The position numbers and the translations under genes were made by a program. This document shows, piece after piece, positions 12,059 through 24,414 of a stretch of DNA of 64,000 nt (position 1 is its first letter; the number at the start of each line of letters is the position of its first letter). Origin of the DNA: Geosiphon pyriformis uo1 (taxonomy: Eukaryota > Fungi > Glomeromycota); contig JAAOMT010000627.1 of assembly GCA_016748015.1 (NCBI GenBank), forward strand, positions 434,001 to 498,000. Direction: 5' to 3'. The notes beneath the pieces are model-generated. The model had not been told where the DNA came from, searched no databases, and saw only the letters and a list, made by a program, of their open reading frames with translations.

Positions 12059-14823
12059 TATAATCCTACAGAGAACCAGCACCAACTACACCTATCCCAA
12101 AAGTGGCAGAATCAGAAAGTATAGGAGCAAACCATTTAGAATTCACAAAATTCTTATTTCAACATTACTGTCAACACTTGGGATTAAACCAAAATCATAT
12201 ATCAGCAGAATCAGCCTTCAATTTTTATGTCAATGAAAGAATTGCCTATTTGTTAGAAACACCAGTAAACACTAAATCAGCAAGAAAAACCTTTTACCAC
12301 AAATTAATCCAAAACACCAGCTTACCAACAAATCATAATTTTGCATCCATCATTACTGAGATTAACAAAAAAATTGAACATCACACACAACAAAGATACC
12401 TAATCACCTATGCAAGCAAAGACAAAAAAAAACTACAAATACCAACAGTAACACCTTAACAGATTTAACCACCCACTTGGAAGAAACACAAAGTTGAATT
12501 ATCCACAAATCTATCATATCATTATACTCTTGAAAGCACCATCAATATCACATCAGCAGACATGTTCACATTAAACGTAACCTCAACATTTGGATGATTT
12601 GCATTCTAAAGTAAACAAAAGAAAACAAACCTACTAGGACCATATGATGAATACTTCAAGGGATTTAATTCATGATCACCAACCCCATCAGGACTTTAAT
12701 CACTGTTATTACCACCAGATTTTGGAATTTCTGATCCATGAAAAATAACGGAATCAGAAGAAGAGCAAGAAAAAAAATCTAAGGATCAAAAATTTACTTA
12801 CCAAAACCTGATTCCAGAAAATCCAACAATTGAAACCCTGAATTTCTAAGCTCAGCAACATTTAGATTTAGAAAATCCGGAAATCAAAACCCCAAATATT
12901 CAGACACCATGAAATCAAAACAATCCAAACCCTGAATTAATTAATTAGCCAAATTTACCTTCAGTAATCGTCATTAATTAGCCACTAATTGAACCAATCA
13001 TTGAACCAATTCAACCTCCTCAACAATCTCAGCAGCTGCTTCAACAGCCACAACAACAACTTCAACAACCAAACTTAGATCCAATAGTCTATGCTCCAAT
13101 AGCAAAACTCAAAAAATTTACCAGCGAAGAAGACAATGCCCAAATCTGGCTCAATGACATTGAAAAAGCCATTACAGCCAATGGATAGAATAATGTAAGA
13201 GCACTCCAAGCTATCTCCTATTTTCTGCAAGATACTACTGACTTGTGGTATCAAAGTTTAGTCATCAAACCTCAAACATTCCAAGAATTTAAAGTTGCAT
13301 TTCTGGGATATTTTAGTAATAATAATAGTATCAACTGCCTAGCCAACACTTTCACCACCATCAAACAGAGAGAAAATGAAGCAGTTACCACTTACTTAGG
13401 ATGTTTCTACAGAAATCTGTACCAAATCCAGGCCATACAGGCTGATTATTTTACAGCGCCACAGATTCTGAATTAATTTATTAGAGGTCTGTACAGTAGC
13501 ATCCTTCAACGCATTCGTCCAATGCATCCAGTAGATCTTCAAGCTGCCATTACAAATGCCAGAAATTTTGAAGCTGCTGAACTCGAAGCCAACCATGCCC
13601 ATACAGTAAATTTAGTAATGAATGAATCATCTGAACTGGATTCCAAATTAAAACAAATCAGCGAATCAATCAAAAATTAGAGGGATACTTAGCTAACACC
13701 AATCAAGCCATTTATTAACTATCTCAATGACACAACAATCAGGGAAACAGAAATTACTCCCAAAATTAGTCATGTCTAGTATCATCTTTGACCAATCAAC
13801 AGTAGTAGCAAGAAATGTGTGCATGCCATTATTGTGGTAAACAAAGACATTTACAATTTGAATGTTGAAAAAAGATAAGTGACCAGAGATTAGCTAATCA
13901 GTATCGAAACTTTGATCGCCAACTACAAACTCAGAATTACATCAGTAATCAATCAAACTCAGCTCTATATCAACCAAATTACCTACCTATGATACAGCCA
14001 ATATATCAAACCCCAATAATGCAGCAATTATACTTACTTCCAATCTATTAGCCTTCAGCATCAATTTATTAACTGCAGTCTCAACCCATTTATCAGCTGC
14101 AGTTTCAAGTAAATTATCTGCCCTAACAAAATTAGACACCACCATATAACTTACTTCAAAATGGAACTCAAAGACCAAGATTAATACAACAGAGCTGGAA
14201 ATCATTGATGGTAGTTTATCAACCAATCTCCAGTTCCATAAACCTGCCATTAGGATCTTGACAATGAAATTTGGGCACTGAATACAGCCAAAACCCGAAT
14301 GCACAACACTATTTAAATCTTTTGGTTACCCCAAAAGATGCCTCACCCAACAACACAGCAACCAACCAAAAACAACTAATCACTAGCAACATACCTCCAG
14401 CCACTGTTACCAATGACAAATCACTAGCAGCAATCTTTCTATTCGAACTCGAGGAAACTACACCAGTCCTATTATTTAGTGGAGCTATTCTTGACACCAA
14501 ACTAATTACTGCTATGTACATTGATGTGAAAGTTGATGGTCATGCTATTAAACAGATCCTAAATAGTGGATCAACTGACAGCATCATTACAAAACAACTC
14601 ATGGACCAATTAGGTTACCAAGTTGATTGCGCTGCCAACACCAGGATTATAACCACTGATGAAGCGACCAAAACTCCAATTGGCGAAATTGATAACTTCC
14701 CTATAGAAGTCAATAGCATCACCATTCCCATCAAAGTCTTAGTCATGGAAGCCACTTAATACCAAGCACTAGTTAGTAATGATTGGCTATCCAAAACCAA
14801 CACATTACTTGACTGGAATACAC

Positions 14824-15636
14824 TATTATGGAATGGTTTTCTTGGTATATTTTAATTGTTGATTTTCCATTTTAATTGCAATCAGTCTTTTGTAAGTTCT
14901 TCTATTATGTGTTGAATATTAATAATAATGTACTGAAGGTTTTTTTTTGATGTTGTAATGTAAGTCTTTTCTCTAGTTCTAGTTGTCTTTGTATGTTGTG
15001 TACTTCTTCCCAGAGACTAATCTGAAATCTACTTGTTGTCTGGAGTTTTCTCTGAGGCTATCCCTGCAATTGTTTAATGTGTTTCTCTAATCTAAAAACA
15101 CGAAATGTTAATGGTTTTTTTGCGATTTCCCTAAGTATATAATAAGCTTTTTTCAATTTAATTAGTAGTCACATGAATAATCTTGATCAGGGATTATTTT
15201 TCCAAAGAGTTTAAAGATGGAATGATAGTTTTATTCACTAAAGAGAGTATGTGAATTCTATTGTTAATCTTGTAATTGTGATGTTTATTCAATTTATTAT
15301 TTTTATTAATTCTTTTTGAATAAGATTTTATTTAGATATTTGTTGCTTTTAGTTAAAGCTTGTTCTTTTTCATTATTAAAAACTATTGTATATATATATA
15401 ATTATTGTTTTACAAAATAATGTCTTGTAATACTCTATTTCCGTTATTTCTAAATAGTGCTTGTTGCTATTGTAAAATAGTGCTTGCTGCTATTGTACAA
15501 TAGTGCTTGATGCTATTGTAAAATAGTGCTTGCTATTATTTGTAAATCATTTTTTTTTATAAATTGTTGCTATGCTATTTCATAATTGGCTAATTTATAT
15601 TATTTATAACTCCTATTAAATTCTTGAACTGTAACA
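14824..15636 (-). repeat. 3' LTR of element B
   Basis: 813 bp, repeat of 23625-24414. Four copies of a 23-bp unit AATAGTGCTTGnTGCTATTGTAn. Confidence 0.93.
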
Positions 15637-15649
15637 TTATTCTCTCCTT

Positions 15650-16363
15650 TCAAGATTGAGTTCTGTCAAAATTGAAGTTAATTTTTTTATTGATTTCTAT
15701 ATTATTGTAATAATCTAATACTGTATTATTAATTTGTTGTTGTAAATTTTGAAATTGTAAATTGGTTAATCATTCAATACTATTAATTGTTATAAGATTT
15801 ATAGTTGGATTCAATAGTACTTTGTGACAGTTTTCGAAAGCCTTAAAAATTCTGTAAACAGCTTTTATATGAAGTATATTGTTGGTTTTTCCAATAAAAC
15901 TTTCCAATTGTTGTATTATTGTTTTGCTAAATACTTTGACTGAATCTTTTGAGTATAATGTTTATATGTTTAATTGTTTTCCCAATTGGTAATAACAATA
16001 ATTAATGGGAAATTTTTTCTTTAGCTGTTCAAATATACTTGGTGTTAATTCTACTATGTTTATTTCTTCTGTTATCAATGTATTATTCAATGCTATTCCT
16101 AAATTTTTAATGGTTTTGTCAATAAAGCTGTTACTGTTTTTGGCAATAGTAGTATATGATGCAAAACTAGATTTCTCATTTATTATAGAATTTGGTATCA
16201 TTTTTCTTTTATATGATATCTCAGAACTATTGATTGTAATTTCCAAATCTGAATTTGATTGTTGTAAGCTTTAACATAGTTGTTGGGTTAACTTACTAAT
16301 GTTTTCTGGAATATATGTCATTGTTTTAATTCCTGACTGCTTTTTGGGCTCTTTTGCATGCAT
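15650..16363 (-). pseudogene. ORF3 (unknown accessory protein) of element B
   Basis: 238 codons from ATG 16363 to TGA 15650, with a few premature stops. Motifs FPINYCYYQL, IIQQLESFIGK and FDRTQS* are homologous to ORF3 of A and C. Confidence 0.75.
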
Positions 16364-16406
16364 TTTTATGCTTTTTTAACTGTTTCTTGGTGTAATTTAA
16401 GATTAA

Positions 16407-19400
16407 TTATCTTTTTATATAATGTTTAATTAAAACTACTGGTTCTAAATTTTGCGAATCTGATCTGGTAATACTAGTAGTATTTGTGTTCCAATTCTAA
16501 GTGTTTGTGTTGTTATTACTAGTTTGTTGTAATATAATTTCAGCTGGTTGCCATGTGCTGTTTTTCTTAAAATTTTCTCATTTAGTCTTAACTTGTATGC
16601 TACATTGCCAAGTATTTTATGAATATAGAATAATCTATCCCACTTATGGTCAAACTTTTCACTCCATTGCTTTTCTGCTTTGGTACAATGCAACAATACT
16701 TTGTCTTCTATTTTATAGCTAATTATATTATCTAGTAACTGGTTATCATGTCTTACTTTTTGTTGTGCTTGTGACTGTTCAATATTTTGAGCTGCTTTTC
16801 TTCTTTTGTTCTCCAAAATTTTCATTAACTTATATGTTCTTCTAAGTATTGTTTCGTGAAATGTTGTTTCTGTAATAATTTCATTTGAATAAGTTGGAAT
16901 AGTAAGTTCAATTGGTAATATGGCCTTTCTTCTATAAACCAATTCAAATGGTATAAATTGTATAGTATTTTGTTTTAATGTCCTATATGCTAATAAAACT
17001 GCTAGTATGAACAAATTCTATTCTTTTTCATGTTCACTGCTGATTTTGGCTAATGTTTCACATAGTATATAGTTAAACCATTCAACTAATCCATTTGTTT
17101 GGGAATGGTATAGTGATAATAGTGGTCGTTTAATTCCAAATTTTTGGCTGGGTTCATTTAGTGTACTGTTTACAAAATGTGTCCCTTGGTCTGACAACAA
17201 TTCTTGTGGATATTCATGGCAGCAAATTAAATCTTCATGTACAAAGTGGGCTACAGATATAGCATTAACTGTTTGAATGGCTTTAGCTTCTGGCCATTTA
17301 GTAAGGTAATTTACTGCTACTGCAATATAATGATTGTTTCTTGCTGTTATTGATAATGGTCCAACTAAATCAATTCCAATTCTATCAAATGGTTGTCCAA
17401 CTTTTATGGATTTTAGTAGTTCTGTTGTTTTTGTTCCTTCTCTTTATTGGCATGGGTCACAATTTCTTATGTATTAGATAATATCTGAGTGCATTTTTGG
17501 CCAATAATAACAACTAGTTGTATGTTGAATATTTGCTTCTTTTCCAAAGTGACCTGAATGGATATTCGAATGCATGTTAAATAAGATAGTTTCTTTTTCA
17601 TTTTCAGTTATAACTCTCAATGAATTATTTGGATTTTGTTGATTCCAGTAATAAAGTATGTGGTTTTGAATAAAATAATGTTTTAATAATTTCTGGAACT
17701 TAATTAGTTCTTTTATCGATGTATCTTTATCTAGCTGTAGTGTTCTCAAGTATTGGCTAAGATTTTTGTGAAGATAATTGTCCATTGTTTATGAATTGGT
17801 TGTTGTTTGATGGTTTTTATGTGTGTTTCATTTGCGACAAACAGTCAGCATTGGCATTTTTGGTATCTTCTTTGTATTTAATGATATAATTGTATGGTGC
17901 TAATATTTGTAACCATCTGGTGTATTTTCCTTTTAGCACTTTTTTGTTATTTAATCAAACCAAATCTCTATGATCTGTGGTAATATTAAAGAGTTTGTAC
18001 CATAAGTATGTGTCAAAGTGAACACAACTCCAGACTACTGTTAAGCATTCAAGTTCATGTGCTGTGTAGTTTTGCTCTGCCATACTGAGACTTCTGCTGG
18101 CATAAGCAATTACATGTTCTCTTTCATTATCATCTTTTTGTGACAGAATGGCTCCAAGTCCTGTTCCAGAAGCATCTGTAGCCAAAATGAATTTTTTGTT
18201 GAAATCCAGATAGATTATTATAGGTGATTCAATGAGCTTTTGCCTAAGATACTCAAAAGCTTTTTGCTGTGTTTCAGTCCATTCAAATTTCACATTTTTG
18301 AATAGTAAATAATTAAGAAATTTGGCGATGTTTGAAAAGTTTTCTACAAAGTGGTGGTAGTAAGATGCGAGTTCTAAAAAGCTTCTAACTTCTGAAATGT
18401 TTCAAGGTACTAGAAAATTTTTTACTTTGTCTATTTTTGATAGATCTGGTTTTATTCCATCTTTTCCAACTACGTGTCCTAGAAATGCTAGCTCATTTTT
18501 CCTAAAGAAACATTTTTTTAAATTTAATTTAAGTCTAGCATGTCTCAATCTCTCAAAAACTTGTTGTAAATGTTGGAGATGATCCATGAATTTTGGCGAG
18601 AAAACATTTGTATTGTCCAAGTAGACAACAACAGATTGTCACAGAATTCCAGAGTAAATTACGTCCATTAGTCTTTGGAATGTTACAGGAGCATTTGTCA
18701 ATCCAAATGGCATTACATTGAACTCATAATTGTCATTTTGTGTTGTGAATGCTGTTTTATGCCTGTCTTTTGGGTCTATTTCTACTTGTCAGTATCCACT
18801 GGTCAAGTCAAGTGTAAAAAACCATTTTGCTCCTCCAAAAACATCAAAGATTTTGTCAATTAATAGTATTGGGTATAAATCTTTAGTTGTTTTGCTGTTT
18901 AGTTTGCAATAGTTGATGCAAAATCTAATTTTTCCGTTTTTTTTCCTTACTAAAACAACTGGTAAGGACCATGGGCTCATTGATGGTTGAATTATTTCTT
19001 TTTTCAACATGTTTTGGACTTCTTCTCTGATAAAATTATGCTCTATTGGTGGAACATGGTAAGCACGTTGTTTTTCAGATCTGGCATCTCCAGTGGAAAT
19101 TTGGTGTTAAACCAAATTGGTTCTTCTAAATTTGCCATTTCATGAAAATATATCAGAGTATTTTAAAATTAATGCTTTTAATTGTCACTGTTGGTCTGGA
19201 TCCATTGTTCCAATGTTTAATTTGGCCAATTCTTCTGGCATAAATTGATAGCATTCCAACAGTTGTTGCCAATTTATTGAAGTGAGTTCACAGTAAAGGG
19301 TGATTTCTGGGAAATTTAGAATTTTTTGTAGTGTTGATGCATTTTCTAGTTCTGTTCCAAGGTATTCCATGATAATGTTTTCTGGAATGTATATGAGCTC

Positions 19401-22400
19401 TTCTGTGGTATTCATAATAAGAATTTTTATCCATTGTGTTTTGTCAGCTGGAATAAAAAGGTTAGTAAGTCCTATGGAAAACTGTTGGCAAGTTTTTGGG
19501 TGGGGCTCGAATATTAAATTTATATCTTTTATTGTCCTTTTTATTTTAATTTCTGATTTTCCATAAGGTGTAAGCATAATTGACTACTTAGTTTTAATTA
19601 ATTCACCTTTTTCTTCTATTGTTTTAGCAAAATTTGCTTCAATTCCTTTTCCTGTTGATTCGAAACCAAAAGTTCCTCTTGTTGTTTGTATCAATTCCTC
19701 ACAATTTTCCACTGGCACAAATTTCCCAATTTTTACCAATAGTAGAAAAATTGCTTGTGTAATCTTCTCCTTAAATTCAATGATATAAGATTTTTCTGAA
19801 TTGTTTTGTAGCAAAACCATCAAATTTTCAGTGTAGCTGGAGTTAATTACTCCTTCTTGAATGCTTATTCCTTTTTTCACGAGACTTAATTGCGACACTA
19901 TTTGGACCATTATTCCTGGCAGAATTTCAACCACTATTTTTAGGTTGATTTTAGTAATACTTCTGGGTGGCAATGTCATGGATTGGTTTTCCAGATACTG
20001 TAAATCAAATTTGGCGTCAGTTGGATGGGCTCTTTCAGGTACTATTCCTAAGTGCCCATTGTCATAGTACTGGATGCTGATCTCCTGATCTAGATCAGTA
20101 TAGGCTAAAATATTTTCTGACTCAGAACTGTCAGATAAGTTTTGTTGATTTATTGATTGATTTTGGTACTGCTGATTCTTAATTTCCATTTTCTATTCTA
20201 AGTCTTTTTCATATTAACACTCTTCATATTGCTGACTTTGGCACAGAATAAGACAGTCTTCACAAAAGTAAGTGTTAATCTGAGTGAGATACTGTTCTTG
20301 CTCTTGATAAGTGGGGCATAGCTGTTGGTAGTTTTCCTGGAATTTGTCCACTGGGTCGAACATGTTGTAGTTGACAACTTCATTAGCTATTTTGGCTGAC
20401 ACTTTTCAACATCGTATTTTTTCGGTGGTTTCTCCTCTTACTTTGGCTTGTGTGGTGTTGTATAACTCATTCTCATCATGTGGGTAGTGCTGCAGTCTTC
20501 TTAATGCTCTATTAAACACTGCTTCGAATAGCATTCCTCCTCTTATCCAATCACAGATGAGGATCGTGTATTGGCAAGTTGTGTTACATGTTCCTCTTCT
20601 GCCTGGTATGTTATTCCAGTCACATCCTCTTGGTAACAGTTCTTCACAAGCAAGGCACAGTTCTTTGTTTCATTTTCCATGTCTTTCTGGGTAATCGTAT
20701 TTTTCTTTTTTATAACAGTTACAATAATAGTGGATGGGATTTCTTGGGTCTTTGTCTGGTGTACTGCATGCAATTATAGACAAGAGTTTTTTCTTGCAAA
20801 CTGAGCATTCTAGCTTTGGTTTGTGTTGCTGGTGGTTTTTTCATAGACTTACTTGGTTCTATTCGGATCTTTCTTTGCTGGTCTACTTTGGTACGGCTGG
20901 TAGTTCTGTTCTTTGGTCATCAGCCCAAAAGAGCTAATAGGTTTCGATGGCTGGTAGTGCTGGATTTTTCTCAAATTCAAAAGTAGATCTTTGGTTGGTG
21001 CTGGGTTTTTGAAAGTGGCCACAGGTGGCTGGAATTCTGGCCTGGTGACCATTATAATTGATTAGAAGCTCTTAGGTAGTCTAGTTTAGGGTGGCGTTGG
21101 CTTTTGTTAGCCAGTCATTCCTTACTAACACTTGATATTGTGTAGCGTTCATTACTAATACTTTTGTAGGTATTATTATACCATTAATTTCAAAAAAAAA
21201 TGTGTCAATTTCACCATGAGGCAGCTTGGTACTTCCATCAGCTGTTATAATTTGGAACATCACTGTGTGATCAACTTTGAAACCCAGTTGGTTTATTAGT
21301 TGAAGCATTACAATACTTCTAACGGATCTACTGTCTAAGATGAGTTTAATTGGCATATTGTTTACTTTTGCTTCCATGTACATAGCAGTGATTGGGCATT
21401 CCTTATCCAATGCTGCTCCACTAAACATAACCTTTTTTTCCTCTAATTCAAAAAGAAAAATAGCTGTGAGACTGCTATCTTCTGTGACAACAACTGGTGG
21501 TATTGTTTAGATCAAGTTCTGGCTATTGGTGGTATTTTCAGTTCCAGGTATGTTACTATTAATAATTCTGAGATTTAAATTTTCTGATATATTAAAGTAA
21601 GTTGGCTGGAAATTTGGGTAGTTTAGATAGTTTGTGTTTGTTTGCTGATTAAGTCCTACATGATTAGGATTTCTAGTAATAATTGCATTTTGACCTAATA
21701 CTGACTGGCTTCAAAACTCTAAATACCAGTTTGAATTTGGAATTGCTGGTCATTGCTGGTAAGTTTTTTGATTTTGGTACATAGTGAAGTATTGACATGG
21801 TATTGGTGTGTATTGATTTCTGAGCATTTGGGGGGGGTGCGTAATAATTATTTTCATGTGCCTTTTGTATTATTCACATTCGACATTGGCTGATTAAATG
21901 TCCTACATGTTTGCAAAAATGGCAGGCACATGTTTCTGTTCTGAAGTCCTAATGCAACAAGCAATTATTTTGGCTGCTGCTGAATTCCTGGTTGCATCTT
22001 TGAAGTGTTTGGTATGTGTTATTTTTTCCTGGGTCTGAGATGAGGTAACTTTCTATTTTTTTAGAGAGTTTCTCCCCTAATTGTGTTACTCTCTTTTCTA
22101 ATGTTTTTGTCTTGTTTTCCTCTATTACTATGTTAACTATTTGACTATAATTAGCTTCTTTCTCAGCTAATTCAAGGGCTTTGGCAAGCATAACGGCTTC
22201 TGACAATAAATCAGGGTGGGCAGGGTGTACTCTTCCTAAAATACTGCTTTTTAATCCTCTAATAAATTGATTTAAAACCTGAGGATTGATATAGTATCCT
22301 TGTTCAATTGCTTCAATCTGATGGCAAATTTGATTGAATCGAGCAAGATATTAGATAACAGTTTTACCAGTACCTTGCTTGATAGTATTGAATTCATTTT

Positions 22401-23560
22401 GTAGTTGGATTACAGTGTTTGGGTCGCTAAAATACTCCAGGAGTGCATTTTTAAATTCGGCAAAGCTCATGAGTTTTGTTTCCAGGCTTTGATACCATGA
22501 GTCAGCTGTGTCTTTCAGAAAAAAAGGTAATGTTTGAATTGCTCTTTGGTTATTTCAGTTATTTGCCTGGATGGCTTTTTGTGCTTTTTTAAGCCATGTG
22601 TGCACGTTTGTTTTTTCTTCCTCTCCTGAGAAATCTGTTAGTCTTGTGATGTATGATGTGGCCATTTTGTCGCCATTTTCTACTAGTGAGCTTATTGGTC
22701 TAAGAAGGGGGGATGATATTTCCTTGAGCATTTCTAAAGATGGCTTTTCTTATATTTGGTTCTTCCTCTTAATCATGAGTTTCTTGGTTTCTGGATTGGC
22801 TGCTTGTTCCAGTAACCAGTCTTGTAATTGTTTTTTTGCTGGTCTCTTTTTCGGATTCCGATTCAGACTTCTCTTCATGGTTTTCAAACTCTGTTCTGAA
22901 TTTTGGCTGAAAAAGAGGGTTTTAAAATAGTGATGAATATCATCCTGTAATTGGTATGTCTCCCCAGTTATATTGTTTAATTTTATCAGTATAACTAGGA
23001 GTCCTTGGCATTTGTGGAGTTGATATTAATGATGATGCAGCTTCTAATGAAATTTGTATCTTATTTTCTGGTGAAAAATGGTATGATTTATTTTTTGGTA
23101 AATAAATATGTTGTTTCTTTATTGATTAAGTGACAGTTTTCTTTGGTGTTTGAACAGGTGTTCCTAGTTTTTGCTGGTTACTTTTCTGATTAGTTTCTAA
23201 ATTTTCTTTGGTTTTGTTGACACATTCCCTAGTGTTTCCTGTGAATATTAGAAAATTTTTGTTGGTGTATTGCTCAATTTTTTGATGGATTTTAACAATA
23301 GTTGTGGCTATTACTGCTACTTCCTTTGTAGTGTATTGTGATAATTCTCTATACAATCCAAGTTTTGCGTTATGTGGTTCTTCTTTCTTTCCTATGTGGT
23401 AATTTATTCTGGCATTGATATAATAAGTGGGAGCAAATTCTGCTGGACAACACCCTTCTGGTAATCTAAGATCACTTTGATTTTGTGTGTAAATAGCATG
23501 GCAGAATTCAAAAACAGTAAGAGTAGGGGTTTTTGTTACCACTTTTGTTTCTTTCTTTTT
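16407..23560 (-). pseudogene. gag-pol pseudogene of B
   Basis: N-terminal domain (23126-23542), capsid from ATG 22665, protease LILDSRS (ORF 21081..21428), Cys-rich domain (~20820-20210), dUTPase (ORF 19584..20189), RT (19010-18400), RNase H ATDASG (17955..18293), integrase LSDQGTHF (17018..17200). Confidence 0.92.
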
Positions 23561-23624
23561 AGCAATAAATTATTGCTAATTATTATTTTTTTTTTGATTT
23601 TTTTTTTTCATAGGGTTCATCAAA

Positions 23625-24414
23625 TGTTACAGGATAGTTTTCTTGGTATATTTTAATTGTTGATCTCCCGTTTTAATTGCAATCAGTCTCTCATAAGTTC
23701 TTTTATTATGTGTTGGATATTAATGATAATGTACTGAAGGTTTTCTTTTGATGTTGTGATGTAAGTTTTTTCTCTAGTTTTAGTTGTCTTTGTATGTTGT
23801 GTACTTCTTCCCAGAGGCTAATCTGAAATCTACTTGCTGTCTGGGGTTTTCTTTGAGGCTATCCCTGCAATTGTATGATGTGTTTTTTTAATCTAGAAAC
23901 ACGAAATGTTAATGGTCTTTTCACAATTTCCCTAAGTATATAATAAGCTTTTTTCAATTTAATTAGTAATTACGTAAATAATCTTAATCAGAGATTATTT
24001 TTCCAAAGAGTTTAAAGATGGAATAATAGTTTCATTTGCTAAAGAGAGTATGTGAATTCTATTGTTAATCTTGTAATTGTAATGTTTATTCAATTTATTA
24101 TTTTTATTAATTCTTTTTAAATAAGATTTTATTTAGATATTTATTGCTTTTAGTTGAAGCTTGTTCTTTTTTATTATTAAAAATTATTGTATATATATAT
24201 AATTATTGTTTTACAAAATAATGTCTTGTAATATTCTATTTCTGTTATTTTTAAATAATGCTTGCTACTATTGTACAATAGTGCTTGATGCTATTGTAAA
24301 ATAGTGCTTGCTGTTATTTGTAAATCATTTCTTTTTATAAATTGTTGCTGTGCTATTTCATGATTGGCTAATTTATATTATTTATAATTCCTATTAAATT
24401 CTTGAACTGTAACA
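23625..24414 (-). repeat. 5' LTR of element B
   Basis: 790 bp, TGTTAC...GTAACA. Three copies of the 23-bp unit. Confidence 0.93.

Larger units (their letters stand above)
14824..24414 (-). mobile_element. Ty3/Gypsy LTR retrotransposon B, nested antisense in A
   Basis: 5' LTR 23625-24414 and 3' LTR 14824-15636. TSD ACAC (14820-14823 / 24415-24418). PPT GAAAGGAGAGAA (15640-15651). Eroded PBS ~23607-23622. Removal restores A's frame D-W-N-T-Q-K-L-Q. Confidence 0.95.

Noticed and set aside
11858-12085. Antisense ORF in LTR A, repeated at 30652-30900
   Set aside because: It recurs only because the LTR is duplicated. No equivalent ORF is listed for the C or B LTRs.
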